Below are positions 20,401-29,490 of a DNA stretch of 64,000 nt, in pieces. The DNA lies in the NCBI RefSeq assembly GCF_039596155.1, contig NZ_JBCNKF010000011.1, positions 29,642 through 93,641 of the forward strand, in the 5' to 3' direction. Both the position numbers and the translations under genes were made by a program. The notes under the pieces are model-generated. The model did no database searches and was not told the origin of the DNA. It saw nothing but the letters and a program-made list of their open reading frames with translations. This DNA comes from Chitinophaga sp. GTDB lineage: Bacteria > Bacteroidota > Bacteroidia > Chitinophagales > Chitinophagaceae. Positions within the stretch are counted from its first letter, which is position 1, and every line of letters starts with the position of its first letter.

Positions 20401-21498
20401 GCCGGCATTATCATTAAAGTGACGGATACTGGTATTGGTATGACGCCAGACGTGCAGGGCAAGATCTTTCATCGCTTTTACCAGGGAAATGAGAATCCCG
20501 CTATTGTGAACCAGGGTAGTGGCATAGGGCTTTCTATAACAGCTGAATTTGTGAAAATGCATGGCGGGTCTATCAACGTGGAGAGCATTCCCGGAAAGGG
20601 AAGCACATTTACCGTCTTACTGCCATTGGAAAGATTGGAGGAGATGGAAGTACCGGACGCAGAGACAACGGAAGAACCGGAGGTACTTCAACCTGTATCC
20701 TGCCAACATGCGGAAGTGGCTGCTGCAGATAAACTAACAGTGCTGCTGGTGGAGGACAACGAGGACTTTCGTTATTATCTGAAAGATAATTTACAGCCAT
20801 TTTATAAAGTTGTGGAGGCGGCAGATGGGAGAGAAGGATGGCAGAAAGCGCTGTCTGCACATCCGCTGGTCATAGTGAGTGATATCAATATGCCTTATAT
20901 GGATGGCATACAATTAAGCCGGAAGGTAAGGTATGATAAAAGGACCAGCCACATTCCGGTTATTCTCCTGACAGCCCTTACCGGAGATGCCTTTCACATT
21001 CAGGGACTGGAGACGGGTGCCAGTGACTACCTGACCAAGCCTTTTAATATTGATATATTAAATATCCGGATCAGGAACCTGCTCTTATTAAATAAACGTC
21101 TTAAAGACACCTATAGGCGGCAGTTGGATGTAATGGTCTCTGTGGAGGATGTGGAATCAGCAGATGAAAAGTTCCTGGTAAAAGTGACACAGTATATAGA
21201 AAGCAATATTAACAACGACAGTCTGAGCGTAGAGGAATTGAGCCGGCATCTTTTTATGAGCCGGGCTTCCCTGTATAATAAAGTTGTGCAGCTGACGGGA
21301 GAAACGCCGGTTGAATTTATCCGTTCTATCAAACTAAACAAGGCGGCTTGTTTGCTGGAGACGAGCGATATGAAAATTGCCCAGATTGGTTATGCCGTAG
21401 GATTTTCTACGCCCAACTATTTTGCGCGGGCGTTTAAAGCCAAGTTTAACCTGCTACCTTCTGAATACCAGGCCCGGAAGAAGAGATCCGCCGATTGA
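17416..21498 (+). CDS. Hybrid two-component system sensor kinase/response regulator (HTCS)
   Basis: Reg_prop repeats (LWIGT/IWIGT), Y_Y_Y domain, TM helix, H-box SHEFRTP, HATPase GSGIGL, receiver SDINMPYMDG, AraC HTH. Confidence 0.96.
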   Translation: MKYIFYILFLLFVPQVVISQQSDFNFVNFTTGNGLSSNTVNAILKDKYGFMWFGTDDGLNRFDGLTFTVYRHKEGDSSSLGGNSIFALHEDRSGNLWIGTNNTLSCYNRKQDAFINYKFTFNNTARTLFCDHTGQVWIGSYIGLFRLNPRTGGVVRYTANPGKPGSLSSNVITCVMEDSRHRLWIGSNAGLYRYQAEGDYFKHFSHEPADSLSLPDNSIKAITEDHNGNLWIGTEDDGLSMLLPDGGHFRTYRHSNTDKNSLSSNRIWSLAAENANRIWVGTEEGLNIFDLQKKTSQRIEHDARNRYSLQGKSVRSIYIDNNGIYWVGTYQGGISKYDRNLAFFNLRESNPFDPEGLTAPIVTSFSEDANGDIYVGTDGGGINLFHRNTGLFSHPVFYEEGKPPAVLSLEHADGLLWIGTFMHGIYTLHLQTGKVHHYLKGDDDHQPSGNDIFCLKKDSRGNIWIGTNGNGVNVYDPVSGVFKRFDPVIHYKNDSITVLHQGFIRTIEEDKAGNIWIGTIGAGIFMLDPSGKIIRTFTMQNSDLPANNVQTICAGQSGRIWVGIHSAGLCLLDPKTGKFQRYAEQEGLSNAVIYKILEDDAGKVWVSSNKGISSFDPSTSTFKNYYQYNGLQRSTFCLGAGIKTERGELFFGGLEGFNYFNPRFLNYNRIVPRIVLTDLKIGNTSVIPGAHAPIQSHISLADCIRLDYKQHFTINFATLNYTAPQESRYSYMLQGFDKGWNDIGSSRMAVFSNLRPGNYVFRVRASCDDGAWHTEEAVIKVYVRPPFWLTIYAYLFYLVAAIAILWGLRYRAIRKLKARFALEQERIQVRQAIEMDRKEAERQREFEQAKIKYLVNLSHEFRTPVSLIAGPVDKLIHNEMAPEKLKQLNLVKRNARRLLNMVNQLLDFRKLEEQETKLDLTRDDIITFITEVIELFKDISEHRQISFMFTSAIPHYCTAFDRDKLERVLFNLLSNAFKFTPKGGAISLSVDPDPEAGIIIKVTDTGIGMTPDVQGKIFHRFYQGNENPAIVNQGSGIGLSITAEFVKMHGGSINVESIPGKGSTFTVLLPLERLEEMEVPDAETTEEPEVLQPVSCQHAEVAAADKLTVLLVEDNEDFRYYLKDNLQPFYKVVEAADGREGWQKALSAHPLVIVSDINMPYMDGIQLSRKVRYDKRTSHIPVILLTALTGDAFHIQGLETGASDYLTKPFNIDILNIRIRNLLLLNKRLKDTYRRQLDVMVSVEDVESADEKFLVKVTQYIESNINNDSLSVEELSRHLFMSRASLYNKVVQLTGETPVEFIRSIKLNKAACLLETSDMKIAQIGYAVGFSTPNYFARAFKAKFNLLPSEYQARKKRSAD

Positions 21499-21756
21499 TA
21501 GTATGTGTAATTGTTTTTATGTATTAAGTGTTGTTTATTAGTTTTAATGTTAGCGATAGTGGCGACTTTAAACATTTGTGCTATTCATTTTTACAAATAA
21601 GCTACTAATAATGCAGCTGTCCACCTACATTCGTTCATGTAATTTCCACGACCAGTAAATCAACTAAATCTGATAGGATGCTGCGCTCTGATTGCAACTG
21701 CCCGCAGGAATGCAGATAGTTGCATAGCAGCGTCCATCCTTTAAAAGTCAGGCATT

Positions 21757-22884
21757 ATGGATAAAGTGATTTCTTTTGTCCTTGTAGTTTTTATCTGTTG
21801 TATCTGCACAGGTGGCAATGGCCAGTCTGCTGCCGGGGAGATCCCTTCCCTGAAAACCGTCTTTAAAGAAGATTTCCTGGTGGGTGCGGCGCTTAACAGG
21901 CACCAGGTGAATGAGACTGATCCTATGGCTACTGCATGTATAGCCAGGCAGTTTAATACCCTTACACCTGAAAATGATATGAAAGCTGCACTGATACATC
22001 CTGAATGGGGTCGTTATAATTTTACAGAGGCAGATAAGATCATTGCTTTTGGTGAGCGGCACCAGCTGCAGATCAATGCGCATACACTTATATGGCACAG
22101 CCAGTTACCCGCATTTGTGATGCATATGCATGACAAGGATTCGCTGCAACGTTTCTTTAAAGATCACATCAGTGTAATTGCTTCACGGTACGATGGGAAG
22201 GTATATTCCTGGGATGTGGTCAATGAAGCCCTGAATGAGGATGGTACTATGCGCAAATCGCTGTTCCAGCGAACTCTCGGGGATGATTATGTAGTGCAGG
22301 CATTCCAGCTGGCCGGGCAGGCAGCCCCGCATACAAAATTGTATTATAATGATTACAACATAGAGCGACCTGAAAAACGTGCCGGTGCGGTGGCACTGAT
22401 CCGGAAAATACAGGCAGCAGGTGTGCGTATAGATGGTGTCGGTATCCAGGGGCACTGGCACCTGGGAAGGGTGCCTTTGAAAGATATTGAAGAGAGCATA
22501 CTTGCATACGCTGCTTTGGGAATTGATGTCATGTTCACAGAACTGGATATCAGCGTGTTGCCAGATCCCAAAGGTGTGGAAGGTGCAGATGTAAACCAGC
22601 AGAAAGGGTATAACAATGCACTGAATCCTTACGCCGGTTCATTGCCTGACAGTGTGCAGCAACAGTTGGCCAGGGACTACGAGAACCTGTTCCGGCTCTT
22701 CCTGCGATATAAAGATAAGATAGGCCGGGTCACTTTCTGGGGGGTGAATGATGGCGATTCCTGGTTAAACAACTGGCCCGTACCTGGCAGAACAAATTAT
22801 CCATTGTTATTTGACCGGCAATTCAATCCTAAAATGGCTTTTAATAAAGTAATAGCACTTAAAACTGGTACTGTAACAAAATAA
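21757..22884 (+). CDS. GH10 endo-1,4-beta-xylanase
   Basis: TPENDMK, HTLIWHSQ, WDVVNEA (acid/base), YYNDYN, GIQGHW, FTELD (nucleophile); signal peptide. Confidence 0.95.
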   Translation: MDKVISFVLVVFICCICTGGNGQSAAGEIPSLKTVFKEDFLVGAALNRHQVNETDPMATACIARQFNTLTPENDMKAALIHPEWGRYNFTEADKIIAFGERHQLQINAHTLIWHSQLPAFVMHMHDKDSLQRFFKDHISVIASRYDGKVYSWDVVNEALNEDGTMRKSLFQRTLGDDYVVQAFQLAGQAAPHTKLYYNDYNIERPEKRAGAVALIRKIQAAGVRIDGVGIQGHWHLGRVPLKDIEESILAYAALGIDVMFTELDISVLPDPKGVEGADVNQQKGYNNALNPYAGSLPDSVQQQLARDYENLFRLFLRYKDKIGRVTFWGVNDGDSWLNNWPVPGRTNYPLLFDRQFNPKMAFNKVIALKTGTVTK

Positions 22885-23108
22885 CAACCACAGATACAAC
22901 TATAGCCCTAACAAATAAAGCAACGATGTTATGAAGTAACTGCTTTCCATCAGGAAAACGTCCTGGCGACTGATGGAAATATCAACCAATTCCCTGCTAC
23001 GATAGTAGAACAGATTTATGTACGCCTCATGGTGTCAATATTCCCTGCATTTTAAGCATGCAGGGCCGGGACTGCTTTTTTTAGAAAAACTGAATTAAAA
23101 CCACGATT

Positions 23109-26100
23109 ATGAATTTTTCTTTTACGCATCAATTACAGAAGGCGTCATCCTCTTTTAGTTTACTACTGAGGATAACGATGCTGTTATTTATTTTCCTTTG
23201 GGGCACGTCTTATGGGGTAGGACAACAAATTACTGTCAGCGGACGCATTACCGGCGAGGACGGTAACAGGATACCTGGTGCCAGCATCCAGGTAAAAGGC
23301 ACAAAGGTAGGGGTGCTCAGTAACGATGAAGGTTATTTTAAGATCAACGCGCCTGCCACCGGTACCCTCATTATCACATCTGTAGGGTTCGTGAACAGGG
23401 AGGTGAATGTAAACCGGCAGACGACTATCAACGTTTCGTTGAAACCCTCTGTCAGCGATCTCGAACAGGTGGTCGTAATTGGTTATGGTACCGCAAAAAA
23501 GAAAGATGTAACAGGCGCCACCGTATCTGTGAAAGGAGAAACACTGCGGGAACTGGGGGTGCCGAACGTATACAATCAGCTGCAGGGTAGGGCTGCAGGG
23601 ATTGATATCGTGAACAACAGCTCCAGTATAGGAGCCGGTGGAGAGATCAGGATCAGGGGAAACCGTTCCCTGGCATCAAGTTCATCGGCCAATAATTCGC
23701 AGAATGGTCCGCTGATTGTAATTGATGGGATACCACTTTCCGGCGGTAGTATAAATGATATCAATCCCAACGATATTGCTACTATCGACGTATTGAAAGA
23801 TGCTTCTGCTACTGCTATTTACGGTTCCCGCGGCTCAGGTGGGGTGATTATCATTACAACCAGGAGAGGCCGACCCGGCAAATCTGTTACCAGTTATGAC
23901 GGATATATCGGCATGTCCGAAGCGACCAATACTTATAAGCTTTTTAACGGCCAGGAATATGCAGCATTTAAAGACGCAGCAAAACAGGGACAGCCGAATC
24001 CGAACAATCCTAACCCTAATGCACTCACTCCTATTGAGCAGGAAAACCTGGCTAAAGGTGTCAATACAGACTGGCAAAAATTACTGCTTACCAATGCCCT
24101 CCGCACTGATCATAATGTGAGTGTGGCAGGTGGTAATGAAACGACACTATACAGCTTCGGGTTTGGTGTATTCCGCGAAACAGGTATCATACCGGATCAA
24201 CGATTCGACAGGGGATCATTTCATATCGCTATCGATCACAAGATGAGTGAACGGTTAAAAGTGGGACTTACTACTACAAATACAATGAGCTGGGCCAATC
24301 GTGTCAACACCAGTGCACTGGGTGCGGCAACGAGACTGAGCCCGCTGTACCTGCCATACAACGAGGATGGCAGTATTAATTTTCAGCCTGCCATACAGCA
24401 ATCCAATGATGCACAACAGATAAGTCCTCTTACATCGATCGGTAACAATGATAAGATAAAAGCCCGCACACGCAGGTTCAGAACATTGACCAATGTATAT
24501 GGAGAACTGGAGATTATAAAAGGACTGAAACTGAGATCCAGCCTGGCGCTTGACTGGATACAAACAATGAACAATAACTATAATGGTCCTGGTACTGTAT
24601 TTAACACCAATACCACTACAGCAGGCGCTACGCTGAGCCAGTCCAACGACGAAACATGGAGCTATACCGTCGATAACTCACTTACCTACGAAAAGACAAT
24701 TGCAGAAAAACATAAAATACAGGTGACGGCCTTGCATGAAGTGGTGAAGAACTTCAATCAAAGTCAGAATATAAACGGGCAAGGTGTACCGGCAGACTAT
24801 ATCCAGGATTATAATTTACAGTTAGCTAATTCACTGACTGCAGATCCTTCGGGCTACAGTAACAGGGGGCTGTTGTCTTATATGGGACGTGTTTTTTATA
24901 CCTATAATGACAGGTATATGTTAACGGCGACCGTGCGTACAGATGGTGCTTCTGTGCTTGCCCCGGGTAACCAGTGGTTTACCTATCCGGCTATATCAGC
25001 AGGCTGGAACATCGCGAATGAAGGATTTATGCACGATGTAAAATGGATCAATAACCTGAAACTTCGTGTAGGATGGGGTATCAGTTCAAACCAGACGATC
25101 GCACCTTACACAACGATCGGTAGTCTTTCCTCCAATTTTTACAACTATGGGTCAGGTACCTCAGCGAACATCAACTATGTATCAGGCTACCTGGTGAATA
25201 CGTTGCCTAATCCAAAGCTTACCTGGGAATCTACGCGGGGATATAACCTGGGGCTTGACTTTGGTTTGTTTGACAACCGTATAAACGGTGCTGTTGAATA
25301 TTATAATGTCAATACAAGAGACATACTTTTAAGCAAAGAATTACCCAGAAGCAGTGGTGCCAATTCTGTACTTGTGAACCAGGGAAAAACGGCCGGGCAT
25401 GGGCTTGAGATCACACTTAGCAGCCTGAATGTAAAAAGCCGTAACGGATTTACCTGGAGTACAGATCTTAACTTCTCCATGGCGAGAGAAAAGATTGTAG
25501 CGCTGCAACCCGGATTGAAGCAGGATGTGGGTAATGGCTGGTATGTAGGGCAACCACTGACTGTTATTTATGATGTAAAGAAAACAGGCATCTGGCAGAC
25601 CAACGAGAAGGACAAAGCGGCTACCTATGGCGCTGCACCGGGTGATATTAAAATCCAGGATGTAGATGGCAACGGTACGATTGGCGCTGAGGACAGGCAG
25701 GTGATTGGCAATTTTCAACCCAATTTTGTATTCGGTTTCAATAACAGGTTTACCTACAAGAATTTCGATCTGAACATTGTAACCTTTGGCCGTATAGGTC
25801 AGACTGTGGTCGTGACCTATCTGACTGCCGATGGGGGCGCAGCTGGCTATCCTTTCTTCATGAACGGAAGGGTGAACCAATACAAAGTGAATTACTGGAC
25901 ACCTGACAACCCTACGAATGATTTTCCGCAGCCTGATGCCAGCAGGGATGCATTGCAATACACCTCTACATTGTCTTACCGGGATGGGTCGTTTATAAAG
26001 GTCCGGACCATCAACCTGGGATATAGTCTTTCTTCAAAAATTACAGGAAAAATAGGGCTCAGTTCATTGCGTTTTTACCTGGCGGTGCAGAATCCATTTA

Positions 26101-26276
26101 TTCTCTGGGCACCATTGGTACGGGATGGCCTGGGGATAGATCCGGAAGGTAATGGCAACGGTAACGCTGTTGGTTCTACTGCCGGTGGAACCCCGGTGGT
26201 AGCGCGCGCCATCACCGTTGGTATGGGCACGCCTCCTACAAGGCAGTATATGTTTGGTGTTAACGTGAAATTTTAA
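23109..26276 (+). CDS. SusC/RagA family TonB-dependent receptor (xylan PUL)
   Basis: Plug DIATIDVLKDASATAIYGSRGSGGVIIITT; C-terminal GVNVKF. Confidence 0.96.
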   Translation: MNFSFTHQLQKASSSFSLLLRITMLLFIFLWGTSYGVGQQITVSGRITGEDGNRIPGASIQVKGTKVGVLSNDEGYFKINAPATGTLIITSVGFVNREVNVNRQTTINVSLKPSVSDLEQVVVIGYGTAKKKDVTGATVSVKGETLRELGVPNVYNQLQGRAAGIDIVNNSSSIGAGGEIRIRGNRSLASSSSANNSQNGPLIVIDGIPLSGGSINDINPNDIATIDVLKDASATAIYGSRGSGGVIIITTRRGRPGKSVTSYDGYIGMSEATNTYKLFNGQEYAAFKDAAKQGQPNPNNPNPNALTPIEQENLAKGVNTDWQKLLLTNALRTDHNVSVAGGNETTLYSFGFGVFRETGIIPDQRFDRGSFHIAIDHKMSERLKVGLTTTNTMSWANRVNTSALGAATRLSPLYLPYNEDGSINFQPAIQQSNDAQQISPLTSIGNNDKIKARTRRFRTLTNVYGELEIIKGLKLRSSLALDWIQTMNNNYNGPGTVFNTNTTTAGATLSQSNDETWSYTVDNSLTYEKTIAEKHKIQVTALHEVVKNFNQSQNINGQGVPADYIQDYNLQLANSLTADPSGYSNRGLLSYMGRVFYTYNDRYMLTATVRTDGASVLAPGNQWFTYPAISAGWNIANEGFMHDVKWINNLKLRVGWGISSNQTIAPYTTIGSLSSNFYNYGSGTSANINYVSGYLVNTLPNPKLTWESTRGYNLGLDFGLFDNRINGAVEYYNVNTRDILLSKELPRSSGANSVLVNQGKTAGHGLEITLSSLNVKSRNGFTWSTDLNFSMAREKIVALQPGLKQDVGNGWYVGQPLTVIYDVKKTGIWQTNEKDKAATYGAAPGDIKIQDVDGNGTIGAEDRQVIGNFQPNFVFGFNNRFTYKNFDLNIVTFGRIGQTVVVTYLTADGGAAGYPFFMNGRVNQYKVNYWTPDNPTNDFPQPDASRDALQYTSTLSYRDGSFIKVRTINLGYSLSSKITGKIGLSSLRFYLAVQNPFILWAPLVRDGLGIDPEGNGNGNAVGSTAGGTPVVARAITVGMGTPPTRQYMFGVNVKF

Positions 26277-26294
26277 TTCTGAAATTAAGTTATT

Positions 26295-28079
26295 ATGAAA
26301 TTCAATATAAAATTATACGGGCTGGTTTTATTGTCATTACTTACAATCAGCACGGGTTGTAAAAAGATCCTGGAAGAACAACCCCGTGCGACTATCGATC
26401 CTGCATACTTCAAAACGCCGGAGGGTTTAGCAGGCGGTGTGGCCGGTATTTATTCTTCTTTTCGCGGTCATTGGGGTACGCAGATCTTTACGCAGTTGTT
26501 CAATGGAGGTACTGACGAGATGATCAGGGGTGGCGCCGCAGATGTGCAGCATAACTTTACCTATTCGCTGCTGATGAAGAGTAATACGAATGATTACAGT
26601 GGTTTCTGGAACTCTCTTTACATAGATATCAATACGGCCAATGGCGTGTTGCAGTTCGGACCGGGAGCAAGCATGGATGAAACGAAGAAAGCGCAACTGC
26701 TGGCCCAGGCCAAATTTCTCCGGGCATTCTGTTATTTCCAGCTGGTAACAACTTTCGGGGATGTGCCTTTGCATCTTACATTTAATACAAACGTTTCAGC
26801 GGCTGATAGCAGAACGCCTGTTGCTGATGTATACGAGGCTATCATCAGTGATCTGAAAGATGCAGCAGCCAGTCTGCCAGATCAGCCGGCACCAGGATTG
26901 GGCAAACCGGCATTTAAAGCAACCGCTTTGTACCTGCTTGCAAAAACCTATTTATGGAGAGGGTGGTCTACTGCCGCAAAAGGAACTGATTTTACCGATG
27001 CATTTAATACGGCAAAGAGCATCATTGATAATAAAAGTGCTTATGGCCTTGACTTATGGCCTGTATTTGCACAGGGATTCCTGGAAGGGAATGAATATGG
27101 CAGGGAGACACTGATGGTCGTAGATCATACAAAGGATCTGAAGTTTGGAGAGAACTCCCAGACTGGTACCGGTGCTTCTAACCTGAAAGAAAATAAATCC
27201 AACTTTTTCTTCCGGCCAAACTATCCGACCGTGAATGCAAATTATCCTGCTACAGGTGGTGCTTATGTATGTGTAAGAGATATACAGAACGGTCGTCCAT
27301 GGCAAAGAATAAGACCTAATATGCGCTATGTACTGAGTGTTGCTTTTGCGAACCGGGCTACGGATTCAAGGTATAACGGCACGTTCCAGACCATCTGGTT
27401 GTCTAATAGTGTAGCGTCGTCTGTAAAAGGCACTACAGGTGCTGTTACGCCCAGGGGCACCCTGGTGAATGGCGTAGATACTGCGATATGGATGGCAGAC
27501 CGGGTGGTGACGCCTGCAGAAAGGGCGGCATTCAAGGGGATTATCTTTGAACCGGATTACCTGCCGGGGGCTACCGTACCCTATACCAGCCTGTTATATC
27601 CTTCTTTACGGAAATGGGATGATTCGACAAGAGCAGATATGAATGATTATTCTGACAGACCTTACATCCTGTTCCGTTTTTCAGAAGTATATCTCATCGC
27701 AGCAGAAGCCGCACTGAAGGGCGGTGGTACACTGCAGCAGGCTGCAGATATGTTAAATGTGCTCAGGATCAGGGCCGCCCGCATACCAGGCCAAACGGAT
27801 GATCAGTATGCGGCAGCTATCGCGGCACAGACAATCACAGCTGCAGACGTGACCCTTGATTTCATACTTGATGAGCGCACCCGTGAATTGTATGGCGAAT
27901 GTAACAGGTGGTATGATCTGTCAAGAACGAAGACACTGGTTGCAAGGGTACAAAAATACAATACAGAGGCAGCTGCCAATGTGGTAGCCGAACATATGCT
28001 GAGACCTATTCCGCAGCAGCAGATCGACCTGGTTACTGAAGGTCCTGCATTCCCTCAAAATCCATGGTATAGTAATTAA
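26295..28079 (+). CDS. RagB/SusD family lipoprotein (xylan PUL)
   Basis: Lipobox STGC; AKFLRAFCYF; FRFSEVYLIAAEA; ERTRELYGECNRWYDL; QNPWY. Confidence 0.95.
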   Translation: MKFNIKLYGLVLLSLLTISTGCKKILEEQPRATIDPAYFKTPEGLAGGVAGIYSSFRGHWGTQIFTQLFNGGTDEMIRGGAADVQHNFTYSLLMKSNTNDYSGFWNSLYIDINTANGVLQFGPGASMDETKKAQLLAQAKFLRAFCYFQLVTTFGDVPLHLTFNTNVSAADSRTPVADVYEAIISDLKDAAASLPDQPAPGLGKPAFKATALYLLAKTYLWRGWSTAAKGTDFTDAFNTAKSIIDNKSAYGLDLWPVFAQGFLEGNEYGRETLMVVDHTKDLKFGENSQTGTGASNLKENKSNFFFRPNYPTVNANYPATGGAYVCVRDIQNGRPWQRIRPNMRYVLSVAFANRATDSRYNGTFQTIWLSNSVASSVKGTTGAVTPRGTLVNGVDTAIWMADRVVTPAERAAFKGIIFEPDYLPGATVPYTSLLYPSLRKWDDSTRADMNDYSDRPYILFRFSEVYLIAAEAALKGGGTLQQAADMLNVLRIRAARIPGQTDDQYAAAIAAQTITAADVTLDFILDERTRELYGECNRWYDLSRTKTLVARVQKYNTEAAANVVAEHMLRPIPQQQIDLVTEGPAFPQNPWYSN

Positions 28080-28212
28080 CAAGTATAACCATCAAATTGA
28101 AAGACCATGAAAGAAAACCCACCTATCTAGCTGCCTATAAAAGGCTCACACAACTGGTGTGGGCCTGTTGACAGCCATTTAGAAAAACAGTTAAGTAACA
28201 AACAATGAAACT

Positions 28213-29460
28213 ATGAAAACAAACCCTTTTCTCAGTAACCTGGGAGTATCTTTTCTTTCCCTCATTTTAATGATTAGTTCCTGCACAAAGCCGGGTGCAG
28301 ATGTATCTGCTGTAGACAACAAGCAAAGCGGTGATGCAACAGCAGCAGCCGAAGTAGGTGTGATGGCAACAGCCATCGTCGATGCCAATACTTCGCAACA
28401 GACAGTCCAGGGATTTGGTGGTATGAGTGTGCCAATCTGGATAGGTGATTTAACAGCCGATCAGCGAACAAAAGCTTTTTCTACCAGCAGTGGTATCGGG
28501 TTGAGTATTTTGAGAGTAATGGTGCCTCCCAACAGTAGCCAGTTTGCCGCCGAAAAAGCAACGATTGATGCTGCCAAAGGTTTTGGTGCAAGGGTGATCG
28601 CCACTGTATGGAATGCTCCTGCAGGCATGATGGATGGTGCTTACCTGAAGGCCAGCTCGTGGGCTGACTTTGCCGCACATTTAAGGTCTTATACGCAGGC
28701 AGTGGGCGGTGTATATGCATTGTCGCCCTGGAATGAACCTAATTACCTGGCGTCAGAATGGATGCATGCTTCAGCTACAGAGGTCGCCAATTTCGTGGCG
28801 GCGTATGGTGATAACTGCGGTGCCCCGATCATGGCGCCGGAACCATTTAACATGGATCAGACATTTATCAATACATACCTGAGCAATGCAACTGCGAAAT
28901 CGAAAACACTTTTCGTCAGCGGTCACATTTATGGCAAAACCCCTTATAACCTGGGTAATATCGGTAAGTCGGTATGGATGACAGAGCATTATACAAATTC
29001 ATCTATCAGTGGTAATGACTGGGCCAATGCCATGAATGCAGCCAAGGAGATCCATGATTGCATGACAGCCGGTTGGTCAGCATATGTATGGTGGTATATC
29101 CGCCGGTTTTACGGGCCAATTGACGAGAACAGTGCTATCACCAAGGTAGGTTATGTAATGGCGCATTTTGCCAGGTATGTGCGTCCGGGCTACGTTAAAA
29201 TTGCCTGTGCAGCCAATCCCAGCACTGGTGTATATACAACAGCTTACCGGAACGGATCAAAGATTGTGATCGTAGCTATTAATACAAATGCAGCTGTGAC
29301 CTATCAACCATTTACAATCGCCGGGGTAACAGTTAATAGTTTCAGTCGTTATGTCACAACAAGTGCTTCTAACCTTGCATCAAGTTCGCTGAGCATTTCC
29401 AATAATGCATTTGGCATTAACCTGCCAGCGTCCAGCATCACAACGCTGGTTTCGAACTAA
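28213..29460 (+). CDS. GH30 (subfamily 8-like) glucuronoxylanase, lipoprotein
   Basis: Lipobox ISSC; QGFGG, WNEPNY (acid/base), WMTEH (nucleophile), WWYIRRFYGP, HFARYVRPGY. Confidence 0.88.
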   Translation: MKTNPFLSNLGVSFLSLILMISSCTKPGADVSAVDNKQSGDATAAAEVGVMATAIVDANTSQQTVQGFGGMSVPIWIGDLTADQRTKAFSTSSGIGLSILRVMVPPNSSQFAAEKATIDAAKGFGARVIATVWNAPAGMMDGAYLKASSWADFAAHLRSYTQAVGGVYALSPWNEPNYLASEWMHASATEVANFVAAYGDNCGAPIMAPEPFNMDQTFINTYLSNATAKSKTLFVSGHIYGKTPYNLGNIGKSVWMTEHYTNSSISGNDWANAMNAAKEIHDCMTAGWSAYVWWYIRRFYGPIDENSAITKVGYVMAHFARYVRPGYVKIACAANPSTGVYTTAYRNGSKIVIVAINTNAAVTYQPFTIAGVTVNSFSRYVTTSASNLASSSLSISNNAFGINLPASSITTLVSN

Positions 29461-29490
29461 TCCTGGTCTTTCACCATAATTGTTACCAAT

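Noticed and set aside
21574-21598. atttgt-N13-acaaat inverted repeat as an HTCS operator
   Set aside because: A 6-bp match in very AT-rich DNA is expected by chance.
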